IMG/VR virus record: IMGVR_UViG_3300049790_000014
Location: 1 to 48,130 of that record
Source of the DNA: a virus
Lineage: Duplodnaviria; Caudoviricetes
Strand: one strand, 5' to 3'
Length of the DNA stretch: 48,130 nucleotides
In this document: in pieces, positions 25,647 to 35,635 of the stretch
Position numbering within the stretch: the first letter of the stretch is position 1
How the letters are laid out: every line of letters begins with the position of its first letter
Program-made: the position numbers and the translations under genes
The notes under the pieces: generated by a model
Databases searched by the model: none
Seen by the model: the letters and a program-made list of their open reading frames with translations, nothing else
What the model was told of the DNA's origin: nothing

Positions 25647-26683
25647 TACTTGACCTTCTCGTAGTTCTTCTTGTCATACTGGTCGCCGCCCTTGAAGCGG
25701 TACTTGACCCCGTTGTAGTCCACGACCGTCCCGACCGCCATGGGCTGGGCCTCAGTCGCCGTCACGCTCTCGACCGGCTGGCCGCCCTCAACCCGACCCG
25801 AGGGTTGCGCACTTGCGACCTTGTCCAGCCCCTGCGCTTCCAGGAGGATCTTATTGAAGCGCTCTTGCGTTGGGATCTCCGCGTCGGACGAGAGCGGATC
25901 GCCGAACTCCTTCATGCGAGTCTTGAAATACGCCGAGCCCTTCGGCCCGATGTTGAGGCTACTCATGAGGCGCTCGTATTCTGTGCTACGGTCCCTCGCC
26001 GCGGCCTTGGTCTGCCCCTTGACCTCACCATAGTAGTCGGCCTGAGCGTTCTGGAGATCGATCTTGCTCTGAGCGCTTTGGTTGGCCAGCTCCTCGCCCT
26101 CCTGCTCGCGCGGGAAGTTCTTCGCCCGAGTATAGGCCTCGGCCCCTGCCCCGATCGCTTGCCCGAGCTGGCTCAGTCCGTTGCCCCACCCGGGGTTCAT
26201 GAGGCTGATACCCGCCTGGAGCATCGCGGCCTTGAGCGCATCGCTCCGAGAGACCGTCCCGCGCGGCACCCTAGTCGGCTGCAGGCCCCTGTCGCCCACC
26301 TGCGCGAGCGCACTGGCCAGCTCATCCGCATCAAGGCCGGCCTCCGGCACCGGATGGTGCGCCTCCTGCGCTCGGAGGTTCCGCTGGACATTATCCGAGC
26401 TCGGCTTATTAACGTCAGGGTTTGCCGGCCCTGGCGTCATATTGACGTCGCTATTGTCCCCGCCCGGCTCCGGCATCGCAAACGCGCGCCGAGGCAGGTC
26501 CATGAGGAAGTCGGCCCCCTGCCCTAATAGATGCTCAGGGCTCCAGGAGATGGGCGGAGGCGAGCCCGGAAGCGGCGCCTGCGTCTTGAGCGGGTTGGTC
26601 GGGAGCTCGAACAAGCTCCGGAACATGCTCCCGATGACGTTTTCGGGGCTCCACGAGGGCCCTGTTGTGACCGGTCCAGCCAT
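25646..26683 (-). CDS. Internal virion/ejection protein (345 aa)
   Basis: Gly/Ala-rich amphipathic segment; TAATG coupling; position in the ejection block. Confidence 0.7.
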   Translation of the reverse strand: MAGPVTTGPSWSPENVIGSMFRSLFELPTNPLKTQAPLPGSPPPISWSPEHLLGQGADFLMDLPRRAFAMPEPGGDNSDVNMTPGPANPDVNKPSSDNVQRNLRAQEAHHPVPEAGLDADELASALAQVGDRGLQPTRVPRGTVSRSDALKAAMLQAGISLMNPGWGNGLSQLGQAIGAGAEAYTRAKNFPREQEGEELANQSAQSKIDLQNAQADYYGEVKGQTKAAARDRSTEYERLMSSLNIGPKGSAYFKTRMKEFGDPLSSDAEIPTQERFNKILLEAQGLDKVASAQPSGRVEGGQPVESVTATEAQPMAVGTVVDYNGVKYRFKGGDQYDKKNYEKVK

Positions 26684-27378
26684 TACATCCCCGCCGTTTG
26701 CACGAGCGATCTCACGAACGCGTTGAACATGTCCTCGTCCCCGTAGCGATCGTCCTGACCATTGCTCTGGATCCCGCTATTGTCAAACACCGGGTTCCGC
26801 ATAGGTGCCGGAGGCCGAGCTGCGGGCATCGCCATGGGCGTCGCGGGCTGCGGAGGCGCATAACCACCCGTACCCATAACCCGCTGAGGATTTGGCTGCG
26901 GCATTGGCGGCGTATACATGGGGCTCGCAAACGCCTGCCCGAACGCATCCGCGAGGGAAGTATCCATAGCCGGTGCAACCTGCGTCGGCTGCGCCATCAT
27001 GCTCTGGTTCTGAGGCCCACTCTGCGGCGCTGGCATCGGCCCTGGAGCCGGCATGGGCGTCATCGGAGCCCGAGGCGGAATGGGAGGCCTGGCCCCTGGG
27101 GTGCTTTGCGTGGCGGCCTCAGCGCTCGTGCGCCCTCCGGGAGCGAGCTTGCTGCCCCCAGTAGCGCCCTTCTCTGCGACCGTTTCACCACCTGTCCCCG
27201 CCTCTGCGCTCGGGAAGAACAGGTTATAAAGGTCCCACATAGCGCCCGAGAGCGGGTCGATTTGTGTGCCCTCCATCGTGCGGTCCATACCGCTCTGAGC
27301 ACTCGTGCCGCCCATATCCTGCTTCGGACGCTTCTTGCCCCGATCGCCGCCCTTCTCGCTAATCCGTGTCCCGGCCAT
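26683..27378 (-). CDS. Pro/Met/Gln-rich, probably disordered virion protein
   Basis: aggagg SD before MAGTRIS. Confidence 0.7.
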   Translation of the reverse strand: MAGTRISEKGGDRGKKRPKQDMGGTSAQSGMDRTMEGTQIDPLSGAMWDLYNLFFPSAEAGTGGETVAEKGATGGSKLAPGGRTSAEAATQSTPGARPPIPPRAPMTPMPAPGPMPAPQSGPQNQSMMAQPTQVAPAMDTSLADAFGQAFASPMYTPPMPQPNPQRVMGTGGYAPPQPATPMAMPAARPPAPMRNPVFDNSGIQSNGQDDRYGDEDMFNAFVRSLVQTAGM

Positions 27379-27379
27379 A

Positions 27380-27685
27380 TCAACGTCCTCCTGCAATCAG
27401 CGATCCCAACGACGGCACAGACGGCGGGCCTCCGATGCGCCCGTACGCCTGCGTGAGCGCGGGGCTCAGAATGTTCGGCATCTGCTGGAGGAACGGGAGC
27501 CCTACCCCGCTCACCCCGCCGCTCATGATCGGCTTCTGCGAGGCCTGGCCCTTGATCGCGCCGAGGATCGGGTCGAGCATATCGGGGTTGAGCCCCTGCG
27601 ATTGACTTGCCATTGCGGCCGGGACTCCCGCAGCGTCAGCGCCCTGCGATGTGAGACCCATCATTGCCATTGAAAGCGGATCCAT
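27380..27685 (-). CDS. Small virion protein (101 aa)
   Basis: aggag SD. Confidence 0.7.
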   Translation of the reverse strand: MDPLSMAMMGLTSQGADAAGVPAAMASQSQGLNPDMLDPILGAIKGQASQKPIMSGGVSGVGLPFLQQMPNILSPALTQAYGRIGGPPSVPSLGSLIAGGR

Positions 27686-27694
27686 ATTGCTCTC

Positions 27695-28477
27695 CTAGAG
27701 GAACGGAATAATTGACAATGCTGTACCTGCGAGCTGCATGAGCGGGTTGCCCGGCTGCGCGCCCGAGACTGTACCGGTCGAGCCCCCGCCCGGCGTTGCG
27801 CCCGCCGCTCCCAGCAACTGGAGCCCCATAGTGAACGGGAACATCTCGTCCTCAAACCCCTGCTGCGCCTGCTCCTGTGCGAGGCCCCGTCGCACATCGC
27901 CAACCGCGCTGATCGCGGTCCCCGGAAACAGCTGCGCGCGTTGCGTCCCTGGTGCGAGCGCAACGCCCTTGGTCATCGCATCCAGGCCAGCGAGGTAAGC
28001 ATCGGAAACCATCTTACTAGACGTGTCTCCGACCTGCTGCATATACCTGTCACCCGCAAGGGCTTTATTCTGCATGGTCTTTGTAGTTGCGAAGCTGGAG
28101 AAAGGTCCTGTTCCGACTGCTGCGCGATTGATGCCGGGAATGACCTGCTCATTAAATGCCTCTGAAAGCGGCCTAACCGCTGCATCGACCGCGCCCCGAA
28201 GCGCCGGATTTTTGTTGACATCGAGCACGTCTCCTAGGAGAAAATTCTGCGCTCCGGTCAACTTATCGGTCGTGTCCTTGAGGCCGCCCGAAGTCGCGGT
28301 GTCGATAATAGCCTGCTGGCCTTGCGACTGCAAGGGGTCGAAGCCCGGAACCTGCGGCATATGAGGTGGCTGGTCGGTGACCTGCCCCGTGAGCTTCATG
28401 CCCTGATTGATCAGCTCTCGCTGTTCGGGGCTAAGCTCGACCTTATTGGTCTGCGTAACCTTTGATGGGCTAGACAT
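27695..28477 (-). CDS. Internal virion/DNA-transfer protein (260 aa)
   Basis: Gln/Gly-rich with hydrophobic C-terminus, as in podophage ejection proteins. Confidence 0.7.
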   Translation of the reverse strand: MSSPSKVTQTNKVELSPEQRELINQGMKLTGQVTDQPPHMPQVPGFDPLQSQGQQAIIDTATSGGLKDTTDKLTGAQNFLLGDVLDVNKNPALRGAVDAAVRPLSEAFNEQVIPGINRAAVGTGPFSSFATTKTMQNKALAGDRYMQQVGDTSSKMVSDAYLAGLDAMTKGVALAPGTQRAQLFPGTAISAVGDVRRGLAQEQAQQGFEDEMFPFTMGLQLLGAAGATPGGGSTGTVSGAQPGNPLMQLAGTALSIIPFL

Positions 28478-28944
28478 TAACTGATATCCTTATAGTAATT
28501 CACACTCTCCCGGCACACACCAAAACTCTCGAGGATCCTGCCCCAACCTCCCCTCGATACGAGCTCCAAACGCTGGCACTTGAGCGTCTTCGCTACCGTC
28601 TCCAGCGCCTCCATGGCCTCGGCCGCAAACTTGACAACCGCGGTCCCGTTCGACCACACAAACCGGAGCGCCTTATTGCCCGAGGCATACCGCACAACCT
28701 CGACCACAACATACAGCTCGCCCTTGTTGAAACACAGCACGAGGTTGTCGTGGTGCTGTATGAGCTGGAGGAGGCGTGCCTTGGTCCACGCGAACTCCCA
28801 CTCATGAGCGGTCGCATCGACGAGTTCCTCAATACGCTTCATATGGGGGCCGATGTCGGAGACCAACTCAACCAAGCTTGTGCCACGCTCCGGCGTAATA
28901 GGAGTATATGCCTTGTCCGGAGCCTGGGTCCCAATCTGTGCCAT
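28477..28944 (-). CDS. GNAT-fold virion assembly protein; true start may be downstream
   Basis: LETVAKTLKCQRLELVSRGGWGRIL; lies between nozzle and ejection genes. Confidence 0.6.
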   Translation of the reverse strand: MAQIGTQAPDKAYTPITPERGTSLVELVSDIGPHMKRIEELVDATAHEWEFAWTKARLLQLIQHHDNLVLCFNKGELYVVVEVVRYASGNKALRFVWSNGTAVVKFAAEAMEALETVAKTLKCQRLELVSRGGWGRILESFGVCRESVNYYKDIS

Positions 28945-29122
28945 TTGCCAACACCGTCATGCCCTCACGAATGCGCTCGGGCTCCCTTCCTAGCGGTTTG
29001 AGGATAACATCGTCAGCGCCCGTATTGAGGTAGCGCTGGAGGTAGTCGAACTGGTCCTGCGCCCACGCAATTGCCGCGCTGACAGTGCCGAGATTGGTCG
29101 GAGGCTTGAACGCTATTCTCAT
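28868..29122 (-). CDS. Small tail-associated protein (84 aa)
   Basis: Abuts the nozzle gene; WDPGSGQGIYSY motif. Confidence 0.7.
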   Translation of the reverse strand: MRIAFKPPTNLGTVSAAIAWAQDQFDYLQRYLNTGADDVILKPLGREPERIREGMTVLANGTDWDPGSGQGIYSYYAGAWHKLG

Positions 29123-30739
29123 CTAGTGCTCTCCCAGGGGCGCAACGTCAATGTCGTAGCCTTCGAGCTCCCAGTGGTCCCCATCAATGCCCTCGAACTT
29201 CAACGCGAGGAGCCGGCCCTGGTTGACCACATCCACATATTGGTCCGTGCCCGGAGTGAATATCCCAATATTACCGTTATCTGGGGTAACATACGAGGGC
29301 TCGTTGCCGATTATATCAGTCGCTCCGAGAGAAACCCGCACTCTGCCTCCGGTTATCTTGGGCCACACCCGAGAGATGATTTTGCGGTTCTCGAAGTTGA
29401 CCTTCGGGTTGCCCTGCCGGTCCTGACCGTCAATAGCGATGCCCGTACGCTCGAGGAACGTAGAGATCGGCGTCCCATTGAACGCCGTCCCGGTGTCGAT
29501 CTGGCGAAAGAGCGTATTTGCCCTGTCCGCAACGACCGTCTTGCGCCGAGCGCCCTCTTGCCAGACCGCACCCGCGGCATCCGCCCACGTGCCCATAGCG
29601 GTCGCCCATGTGGATGCACCCGCGCTCTCAACCGGGCCGCTATTCGCATGGACGCCGAGGAAGTCCCTAAACGTGACCGTGTTCTGCTGGTAATTCCACA
29701 CGCATGCGACGTTGGGGTCGACCGAGCCCGCCTGCGGGTAGCAGAACCAGGCCTCATCAGCGGTCTTATTGATAAACGTAAAGGAGTTCTGGTAGTTCAC
29801 GCTGTCAATGTCGCCGACGAGGAACTTCTTATTGGTCCCATACACGACCGTGGAGAAATCCTGGCCGTCGAAATACCCGAGATCGATGCCATTGTGAAGG
29901 AAATGGACCGCAGTGGCCGCACCGCTATCACCTCGCTTAGGCAGCACAAGCGCGCTCCTGCAGCGAGGCGCGAGTATGCCCGAAACATGGAGGATATCCG
30001 CAAACTCCATAACGTCCGTGCCGCCCGAGAAGCGCATGAGCCAGGTGGATTCATTCTTATAAATGACATAGAGGTCACGCAGCTGGAGCCCGTCGATAAT
30101 GATGCCCGAGTCAACATCCGACAGCTCCGTAGCGCCCGCATCCACAGAGGGATCCGTATCATCCCAGCTCCCAGGCACCTCTCCAGGCCCCGCCACGTCA
30201 CTCCAACGCACGCGATGCGGGAACACATCGGACCCCTCGGTCAATCCCAGCGCAACGAGGTAGTTCTTATACACCCCGAGCACTTTCGCGCGGTAGGTCG
30301 CGGGCCAGTTGGTGAGGTCGACGAGGTCCGTGCCGAGGTTGAGGCTCGACCACAGCTGCGGAACGTCGGAGCCGGGGTTGATAATGGGGGTTCCCTGAAA
30401 GACCACCCCATTCCAGTCCCGGTAATTGGTGACATTATAGTCGCCGGCCTGGGAGATATCCGAATGGGTCGCAGAATTGAACGCGTAAACCTTCGAGCCC
30501 GCTCCAACCGCGCTCGCATAGAGCCAGAACACGCCCTCGGAGCCCTCTGTCGCCATGAGGAACCCCGGCGCTACGCTCGGAGGGTCCATAACGGGCGCCT
30601 CTCCGGTGAACATGACCACCCTGTCGTCGATGAAGCGCATGTTCCGCGCGCTCGTCCACGCTTCGGGCGGCAATTTGTGGTCGGGCTGGTCCTGGACCAC
30701 GCCAATCGAGGCCACGTTGTAGATCGGAACCCTCGCCAT
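29123..30739 (-). CDS. Tail hub/nozzle (packaged-DNA stabilisation) protein
   Basis: LPPEAWTSARNMRF and RVRWSD beta-propeller-type motifs; size and position. Confidence 0.8.
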   Translation of the reverse strand: MARVPIYNVASIGVVQDQPDHKLPPEAWTSARNMRFIDDRVVMFTGEAPVMDPPSVAPGFLMATEGSEGVFWLYASAVGAGSKVYAFNSATHSDISQAGDYNVTNYRDWNGVVFQGTPIINPGSDVPQLWSSLNLGTDLVDLTNWPATYRAKVLGVYKNYLVALGLTEGSDVFPHRVRWSDVAGPGEVPGSWDDTDPSVDAGATELSDVDSGIIIDGLQLRDLYVIYKNESTWLMRFSGGTDVMEFADILHVSGILAPRCRSALVLPKRGDSGAATAVHFLHNGIDLGYFDGQDFSTVVYGTNKKFLVGDIDSVNYQNSFTFINKTADEAWFCYPQAGSVDPNVACVWNYQQNTVTFRDFLGVHANSGPVESAGASTWATAMGTWADAAGAVWQEGARRKTVVADRANTLFRQIDTGTAFNGTPISTFLERTGIAIDGQDRQGNPKVNFENRKIISRVWPKITGGRVRVSLGATDIIGNEPSYVTPDNGNIGIFTPGTDQYVDVVNQGRLLALKFEGIDGDHWELEGYDIDVAPLGEH

Positions 30740-31386
30740 TACCGCCAAGCTCCTGCAACAAAGGTGTCCGGGAACGCAAAACTGCTACATCCCGCCGCAT
30801 ATCCTGGAACCGCATACACCGACGATACGTCCGCGGCGTTGATTGAGGCCTGTTCGCCGAGCCGGCCGCGGTTGTTAATGCCCGTTCCGACCCACGTCCC
30901 AACCCCGGCCGTAATCTGCGCGGAGCACATGATACCAACTCCATTGGTCGGCAGATTGAGGTTGGCCGTGCCGTCAGCGTTCTCGCCCATGTCGGTGCTA
31001 ACAGGAGTGACTTGGTCGAAATTATACAACGACCACACCCAGACGCCACACTCGCTCATGGCGTTGCTATAGTTGACCGTCACAGTGCCGGTCGTGCCTG
31101 TGGGCTTGATGATATAGCCAAGGCAACAATTGGCATTGAGTGAGTTCCCGCCGTGATCAACGTTGGCCGCAATAGCCATGCCCGCCCCATCGAGCGCAAA
31201 GCCCGTAATGAAGCGCGTGTTCGAGCCTCGCATGGAGCCGGCTGCTACCACGACGATCCGGCCGTACTCCGCAGGCCCGAGGTTGACCAGGATATCGTAC
31301 TGTGAGAGGTTCGAGTTGTCGAACCCGGCCCCCACGATAGAGTACCGTTTCCGCCTCGGCCTGCCGATCATGGCCGCTCTAAGCAT
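30739..31386 (-). CDS. Tail-fibre-associated beta-sandwich protein
   Basis: Starts MLRAAMIG overlapping the upstream stop; similar to domain 2 of 33033..34889. Confidence 0.65.
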   Translation of the reverse strand: MLRAAMIGRPRRKRYSIVGAGFDNSNLSQYDILVNLGPAEYGRIVVVAAGSMRGSNTRFITGFALDGAGMAIAANVDHGGNSLNANCCLGYIIKPTGTTGTVTVNYSNAMSECGVWVWSLYNFDQVTPVSTDMGENADGTANLNLPTNGVGIMCSAQITAGVGTWVGTGINNRGRLGEQASINAADVSSVYAVPGYAAGCSSFAFPDTFVAGAWR

Positions 31387-32359
31387 CGTTGCCCGCCGTG
31401 ATGTTGACGTAGATCTCAATGCAGATAAGCGTGACCTGCGTGCCAGACGCCAAGCTACCATCGTCGCGGTAGATCTCCCACTTAATAAGGTCACCCGCGA
31501 CGGGCGAACCCGCAACGGTAATGGCCGAGGACTCCGCCCCGGTGAGGAGGTCGCCGTCGGTGCCGGTTGTGTTTGCCGAGGAGCTCGAGCTGCCCGAGGG
31601 CGCGGCCGAAGACCAATTGTCATCATGGGAGATCGCAATACCGCGCAACGACCAAATCACGCTCGCACCGGAACCCCCACCCGAGGCCACCGAGGAGAAC
31701 GCCTTAAACGTGATCGTCCCCTCATCCCACGACTTCGGCAGAGGTAGAACGAAGAACGCGCTCTCGCCCTCGTCGAAATCAATACACGACACGTTAGAGG
31801 AGATGACATAGGTCGCATTCGGTGTGGTCATACCTGCGGCCGCAACGGGGATAGTCTGGCGCCCATATTTGAGAGCGCTAATGCTATCGGCCGACACAGC
31901 CGTCTCTACCAGGGCCTTACCATTAGCCCTCTGATACGACAGACAACGGAACAATGACGTTGTGTCCGCGATGAACACCGCGACGTCGCCCGCTGTCGTG
32001 GCAATGTTGGCTCCAGTCGGGAGCACGATCTTCGCATCGTCATGCGTGAGCGTGAGCGCCGCCGCAAACACGACGATTTTGGTCTGCCCCGGCTCACTCG
32101 CGTCGGCGAAATCCGTAATGGTCGTAGTGCCGGTGATACGCACGTAGTTGGAGGTGACCGCAAACAGGTCCGGCGAGCTTGCGCTGGCCAGATCGGCTCG
32201 CTCCTCTTCGATAAACCTCGGCCGCGTGGTGTTGGGGAAGCTCGCCTTGAGCGCCGCCTTGATCAGCCGCAAATGGTCGTCGCCCTGGGCCACAACGTCA
32301 TCTGCGACAGGATTGCTCGACACGAGCCCATCGATATAAGTCGTGCTTTCGAGTGCCAT
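31379..32359 (-). CDS. Tail fibre protein
   Basis: N-terminal MALESTTYIDGL..GDDHLRLIKAALKASFPN anchor typical of podophage fibres. Confidence 0.75.
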   Translation of the reverse strand: MALESTTYIDGLVSSNPVADDVVAQGDDHLRLIKAALKASFPNTTRPRFIEEERADLASASSPDLFAVTSNYVRITGTTTITDFADASEPGQTKIVVFAAALTLTHDDAKIVLPTGANIATTAGDVAVFIADTTSLFRCLSYQRANGKALVETAVSADSISALKYGRQTIPVAAAGMTTPNATYVISSNVSCIDFDEGESAFFVLPLPKSWDEGTITFKAFSSVASGGGSGASVIWSLRGIAISHDDNWSSAAPSGSSSSSANTTGTDGDLLTGAESSAITVAGSPVAGDLIKWEIYRDDGSLASGTQVTLICIEIYVNITAGNDA

Positions 32360-33036
32360 TAGAGGGTTTCTCCCATTTGCATGCGTCGATTGGCCAAGTC
32401 GCGCTCCGTGGTCTTAATATCGAGCGCTGCGATGCCGCCCTGCTTCCACTGCGAGAACATCTGCACTGCGGTCTGGTCCCGGATGCCGGTCGCAAGGCGC
32501 TCGCCCGCCCAGCCAATGACCGCATACGGCGCGTTGTTCAGCCACTCATTCTCATCGCTTCCGAGCGAGGGCAGGTCGAGCGTGCGATAGTACATCATCC
32601 TCACACTCAGCACCCGATTAGGCGCCGGAAAGAGCCTGAAATACTTGCCCGTGAGCGCGTATTGCGTGGGGATGTCCAGCGGGTCGAGGCCGGTAATGGT
32701 CCCGTAATCGGTCCGTTGCTGCTGCACTTCCCGCAACGTGTCGGCGTCGAACTTCTTCAGGAGGTGCTCGCCGCCATTGTCGTCGATGACCCACAGGCCG
32801 TCGTTCTCATACTCCTCCACGAAGTCGTCCGGGAGCTCGACCCGCTCCTCATCGCCCGCGGTAGTGGAGTCCGAGCGCTCACTCAGCATGAACCAGGGCA
32901 GGGGCCGAGAGATCCAGTTCTTCTCGAGATACCTCTGAGCCCTCTGGATCGCGGTCTTGCACTTATCCCTCATTGCGGTGTCCGTGCGGTTGCCGAGGAT
33001 AAGCATCATTTCGTCTGCGGCTTCGTCGAATGTCAT
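32359..33036 (-). CDS. Head-tail adaptor protein
   Basis: LPDDF, FRLFPAP and NEWLNNAP motifs; size and position. Confidence 0.75.
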   Translation of the reverse strand: MTFDEAADEMMLILGNRTDTAMRDKCKTAIQRAQRYLEKNWISRPLPWFMLSERSDSTTAGDEERVELPDDFVEEYENDGLWVIDDNGGEHLLKKFDADTLREVQQQRTDYGTITGLDPLDIPTQYALTGKYFRLFPAPNRVLSVRMMYYRTLDLPSLGSDENEWLNNAPYAVIGWAGERLATGIRDQTAVQMFSQWKQGGIAALDIKTTERDLANRRMQMGETL

Positions 33037-34889
33037 AGCGGGTCCTCTGGGGTCCAGTTGTTAGAGGGCGGGCCTTGGGGCGTCCAGGCCGAGGCGGGAG
33101 TGGCCTCCTGTGTCCACGCGCCCGACACACCATTCTCCGGCGTCCAGTTGTCATCAACGCCACTCTCCGGAGTCCACAAGGTATCGCCTTCGCCCTCGGG
33201 ATACCACTGGCCGAGGAGCCGGACCGTCAGGATCGCCTCGCCGCCCGTGAGCGCGAAGCTCCCGTAGTCGACTGGAAAGCCGATGGTCTTAAGGAACTCG
33301 ACCGCAATGCCCGTGAGAGAGAACGCTCCGAAGTTCGACGTTAGGCGGCGATTGTAGAGCAGGCTCGCGGCCTGGCCACTCAACGCGAACGAGCCGAAAT
33401 CCATCGACAGCCGGCGAGCAACCCGGAGCGTAGCGACTTGACCATTCAGCGCGAACGACCCCTGCGCGGCCACGAGGGTGGTGACGCCTCCGGCCGGCTC
33501 GAAGTGGATCATAGTGAGGAAGATGTCATCCTCAGTTATGCTCGTGCCGTCGGAATGGTATATGACGTCGTAGGTGGTGTCGACTGCAGCGTGCCAGATA
33601 GCGGCCCAAGAGGCGCGAATGGCGTCAGTCACACCAACGAATGAGAGATCGGTGCCTTCCTTGGTTAGCCCCGTCCACACGGCGAGGGGATTAGTGGCGG
33701 TCAGCGCGCTAGTGGCGGGGCCGATGCCGAGGCCGAAAGTCGCACCGCCCCGCTTGGCGCTGATGTCGATGGTGGTCTCAACATCGCCCAGCTCACCGTT
33801 CTCAGCCTCCGAGAAGTGGGGCGTCTTGGCGCCGGTGAGGGCGAAGACCTTAAGCGTTACCGACGCGCCTGCGGTGTGGTCGTCATTGAGATTGACCACA
33901 ATGTTCGCGGTGGTACCAGTCGGGAGAGAGGCGTAGAACCACCCCCCGCTCGAGGGGAGGAAGCTGTTAGTTAGATCGCCAACTTCTGTAGCGGTCACGC
34001 CTCCAATGGTTATGTTGTCGATAAGGCCGCCATTGCGGGAGTCAGCCGCGCCGACAAGGACAATGCGGTCAGCGGCAGCGGCGCCGATATTGGCGTTGGA
34101 CCAAGTCCATTGCGTTTCGCTAACCGACCACACATGGGTGTTGCTATCCGTCGCGGTCCATTTGACACCGAACGGCGAGGCAACGCTCTGCCCGGTAAGC
34201 GTGAAGCTCCCGAGGCTCCCCGCCATGTTGCTCTTAGCGCGGAACGCTCCAACGATGGTAACGTGCCGGGCCGTTGCCGAGGCCGTCCAGTTGAACGTAC
34301 CCGTTGCGCCGAGCTCATTCTTCGTCGCGGTAGACACCGCAAGGCTGACATCCGCTCCGGTCGCGCTACCGTTGTCCTGCTGCTCGGTCCAGTCCGCTTG
34401 CGCAGGGTCGGTCGCACGAGCGTTTGAGGCCGTAATGTTCCGCGCCCCGCCCTCCAGCATGACGAGGATCTCGCCGTCCTCGACCGTGGTTATGCCGGTT
34501 GTCGATGCGGTCGTGGAGTTGGCGGCAAGGGTAGTGCCGGAGGCCTGATCGAATACCGGCGTACCGCCAGTGGCTCGCAGCGCGATGATCGTCCCGCGCG
34601 CGACATCGCCCCCCGTGCGCGTCCACGTGAGGCTCGGCGCCCCGCTCCGGACCTGATAGTCCATACGCGCGGACCCGATAGAGCCCGCAGCGTTGGCGGT
34701 CGTGTTGCCGGTGTTTTGCGCGTTGGCGTTGGTCCAACCGGAGGGAGCGGTGAACGCGGCGTTGGACCGATAGGATATGCACGCGACAAGGAGATCGCCA
34801 TTGGCGACCCCTGCTGGCTCAGTTAGTGTAAGGCCGTTGGCCGATACCTCGACTTGTGTCGATATGCCAACAACTGTCCAAAGCGACAT
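33033..34889 (-). CDS. Modular virion fibre/decoration protein with internal repeats (618 aa)
   Basis: Thr/Ala/Gly-rich; GSFxLxG 22-aa repeats; WTPE 10-aa repeats. Confidence 0.75.
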   Translation of the reverse strand: MSLWTVVGISTQVEVSANGLTLTEPAGVANGDLLVACISYRSNAAFTAPSGWTNANAQNTGNTTANAAGSIGSARMDYQVRSGAPSLTWTRTGGDVARGTIIALRATGGTPVFDQASGTTLAANSTTASTTGITTVEDGEILVMLEGGARNITASNARATDPAQADWTEQQDNGSATGADVSLAVSTATKNELGATGTFNWTASATARHVTIVGAFRAKSNMAGSLGSFTLTGQSVASPFGVKWTATDSNTHVWSVSETQWTWSNANIGAAAADRIVLVGAADSRNGGLIDNITIGGVTATEVGDLTNSFLPSSGGWFYASLPTGTTANIVVNLNDDHTAGASVTLKVFALTGAKTPHFSEAENGELGDVETTIDISAKRGGATFGLGIGPATSALTATNPLAVWTGLTKEGTDLSFVGVTDAIRASWAAIWHAAVDTTYDVIYHSDGTSITEDDIFLTMIHFEPAGGVTTLVAAQGSFALNGQVATLRVARRLSMDFGSFALSGQAASLLYNRRLTSNFGAFSLTGIAVEFLKTIGFPVDYGSFALTGGEAILTVRLLGQWYPEGEGDTLWTPESGVDDNWTPENGVSGAWTQEATPASAWTPQGPPSNNWTPEDPL

Positions 34890-34892
34890 TCA

Positions 34893-35312
34893 TCACACAA
34901 TCTGGAGGACACCGTTCGTCGCGTCAAAGTCGACCGTGAAGCTCTCGCCCGATGCGAGCGTCACAGCCGAGCCATAGTCCCACCACCCGATGAGCTCATC
35001 ATTAGTAGCCGTGTCATTATAGAGCACCGCATAGCGGAACGGCCCGACCGATCCGCCGCTCGCCGTGAAGGTCACGTCGCCGAGAACGAGCTTGTACGTG
35101 CCCGAGGTCTGCGCCGAGGACGTGATGCTCGCCGTAGTGCCGCCGGTCGTGTAGCCGTTGCCGTTCGAGATTTGCGTTATGTTCGACAGCTGTGTATTGG
35201 TCGCAACCGGGGCCGTGTTCGTCAGTGCGACCTTCAGCGTGTCGGCCCCCAGATTATGGACCTTCTCCGCGATCGCCTCAACGAACGAGTTGAACTTATT
35301 AAAGCTCGCCAT
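34893..35312 (-). CDS. Virion structural protein (139 aa)
   Basis: DTLKVAL..GNGYTTGG..RYAVLY..LIGWWDYG, a common phage structural family. Confidence 0.8.
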   Translation of the reverse strand: MASFNKFNSFVEAIAEKVHNLGADTLKVALTNTAPVATNTQLSNITQISNGNGYTTGGTTASITSSAQTSGTYKLVLGDVTFTASGGSVGPFRYAVLYNDTATNDELIGWWDYGSAVTLASGESFTVDFDATNGVLQIV

Positions 35313-35626
35313 TAGTCGTCCCCGTCCCGCATGTTGAGGTTCAGCTCCTCGATCCCTTTAAACGCGGGATCACTCGTGAGCTCGACCTCGATCCGCGCCG
35401 GCCGAGTCTTCGTGCGGCGCTTCTGCCCGGCCTTGGGCTCATAGGAATAATCCGGCTCCTCGCACTCGGCGTCGAGGCCCTTCACGACGCCCGTGATCCG
35501 GATGTCCACCTGATCGCCGAGGCTGATGTTCTTAACGTCCTGCTCACTTGGAAGGTCCATGTTGAGACAGTACGGGGAGTCATCATCCCCATAACTACGC
35601 GGCTCGATGTACATCCGGCGGGGCAA
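35312..35626 (-). CDS. Hypothetical protein (104 aa, TTG start)
   Basis: aggag SD, TAATG coupling. Confidence 0.7.
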   Translation of the reverse strand: MPRRMYIEPRSYGDDDSPYCLNMDLPSEQDVKNISLGDQVDIRITGVVKGLDAECEEPDYSYEPKAGQKRRTKTRPARIEVELTSDPAFKGIEELNLNMRDGDD

Positions 35627-35635
35627 AGATCTCTC

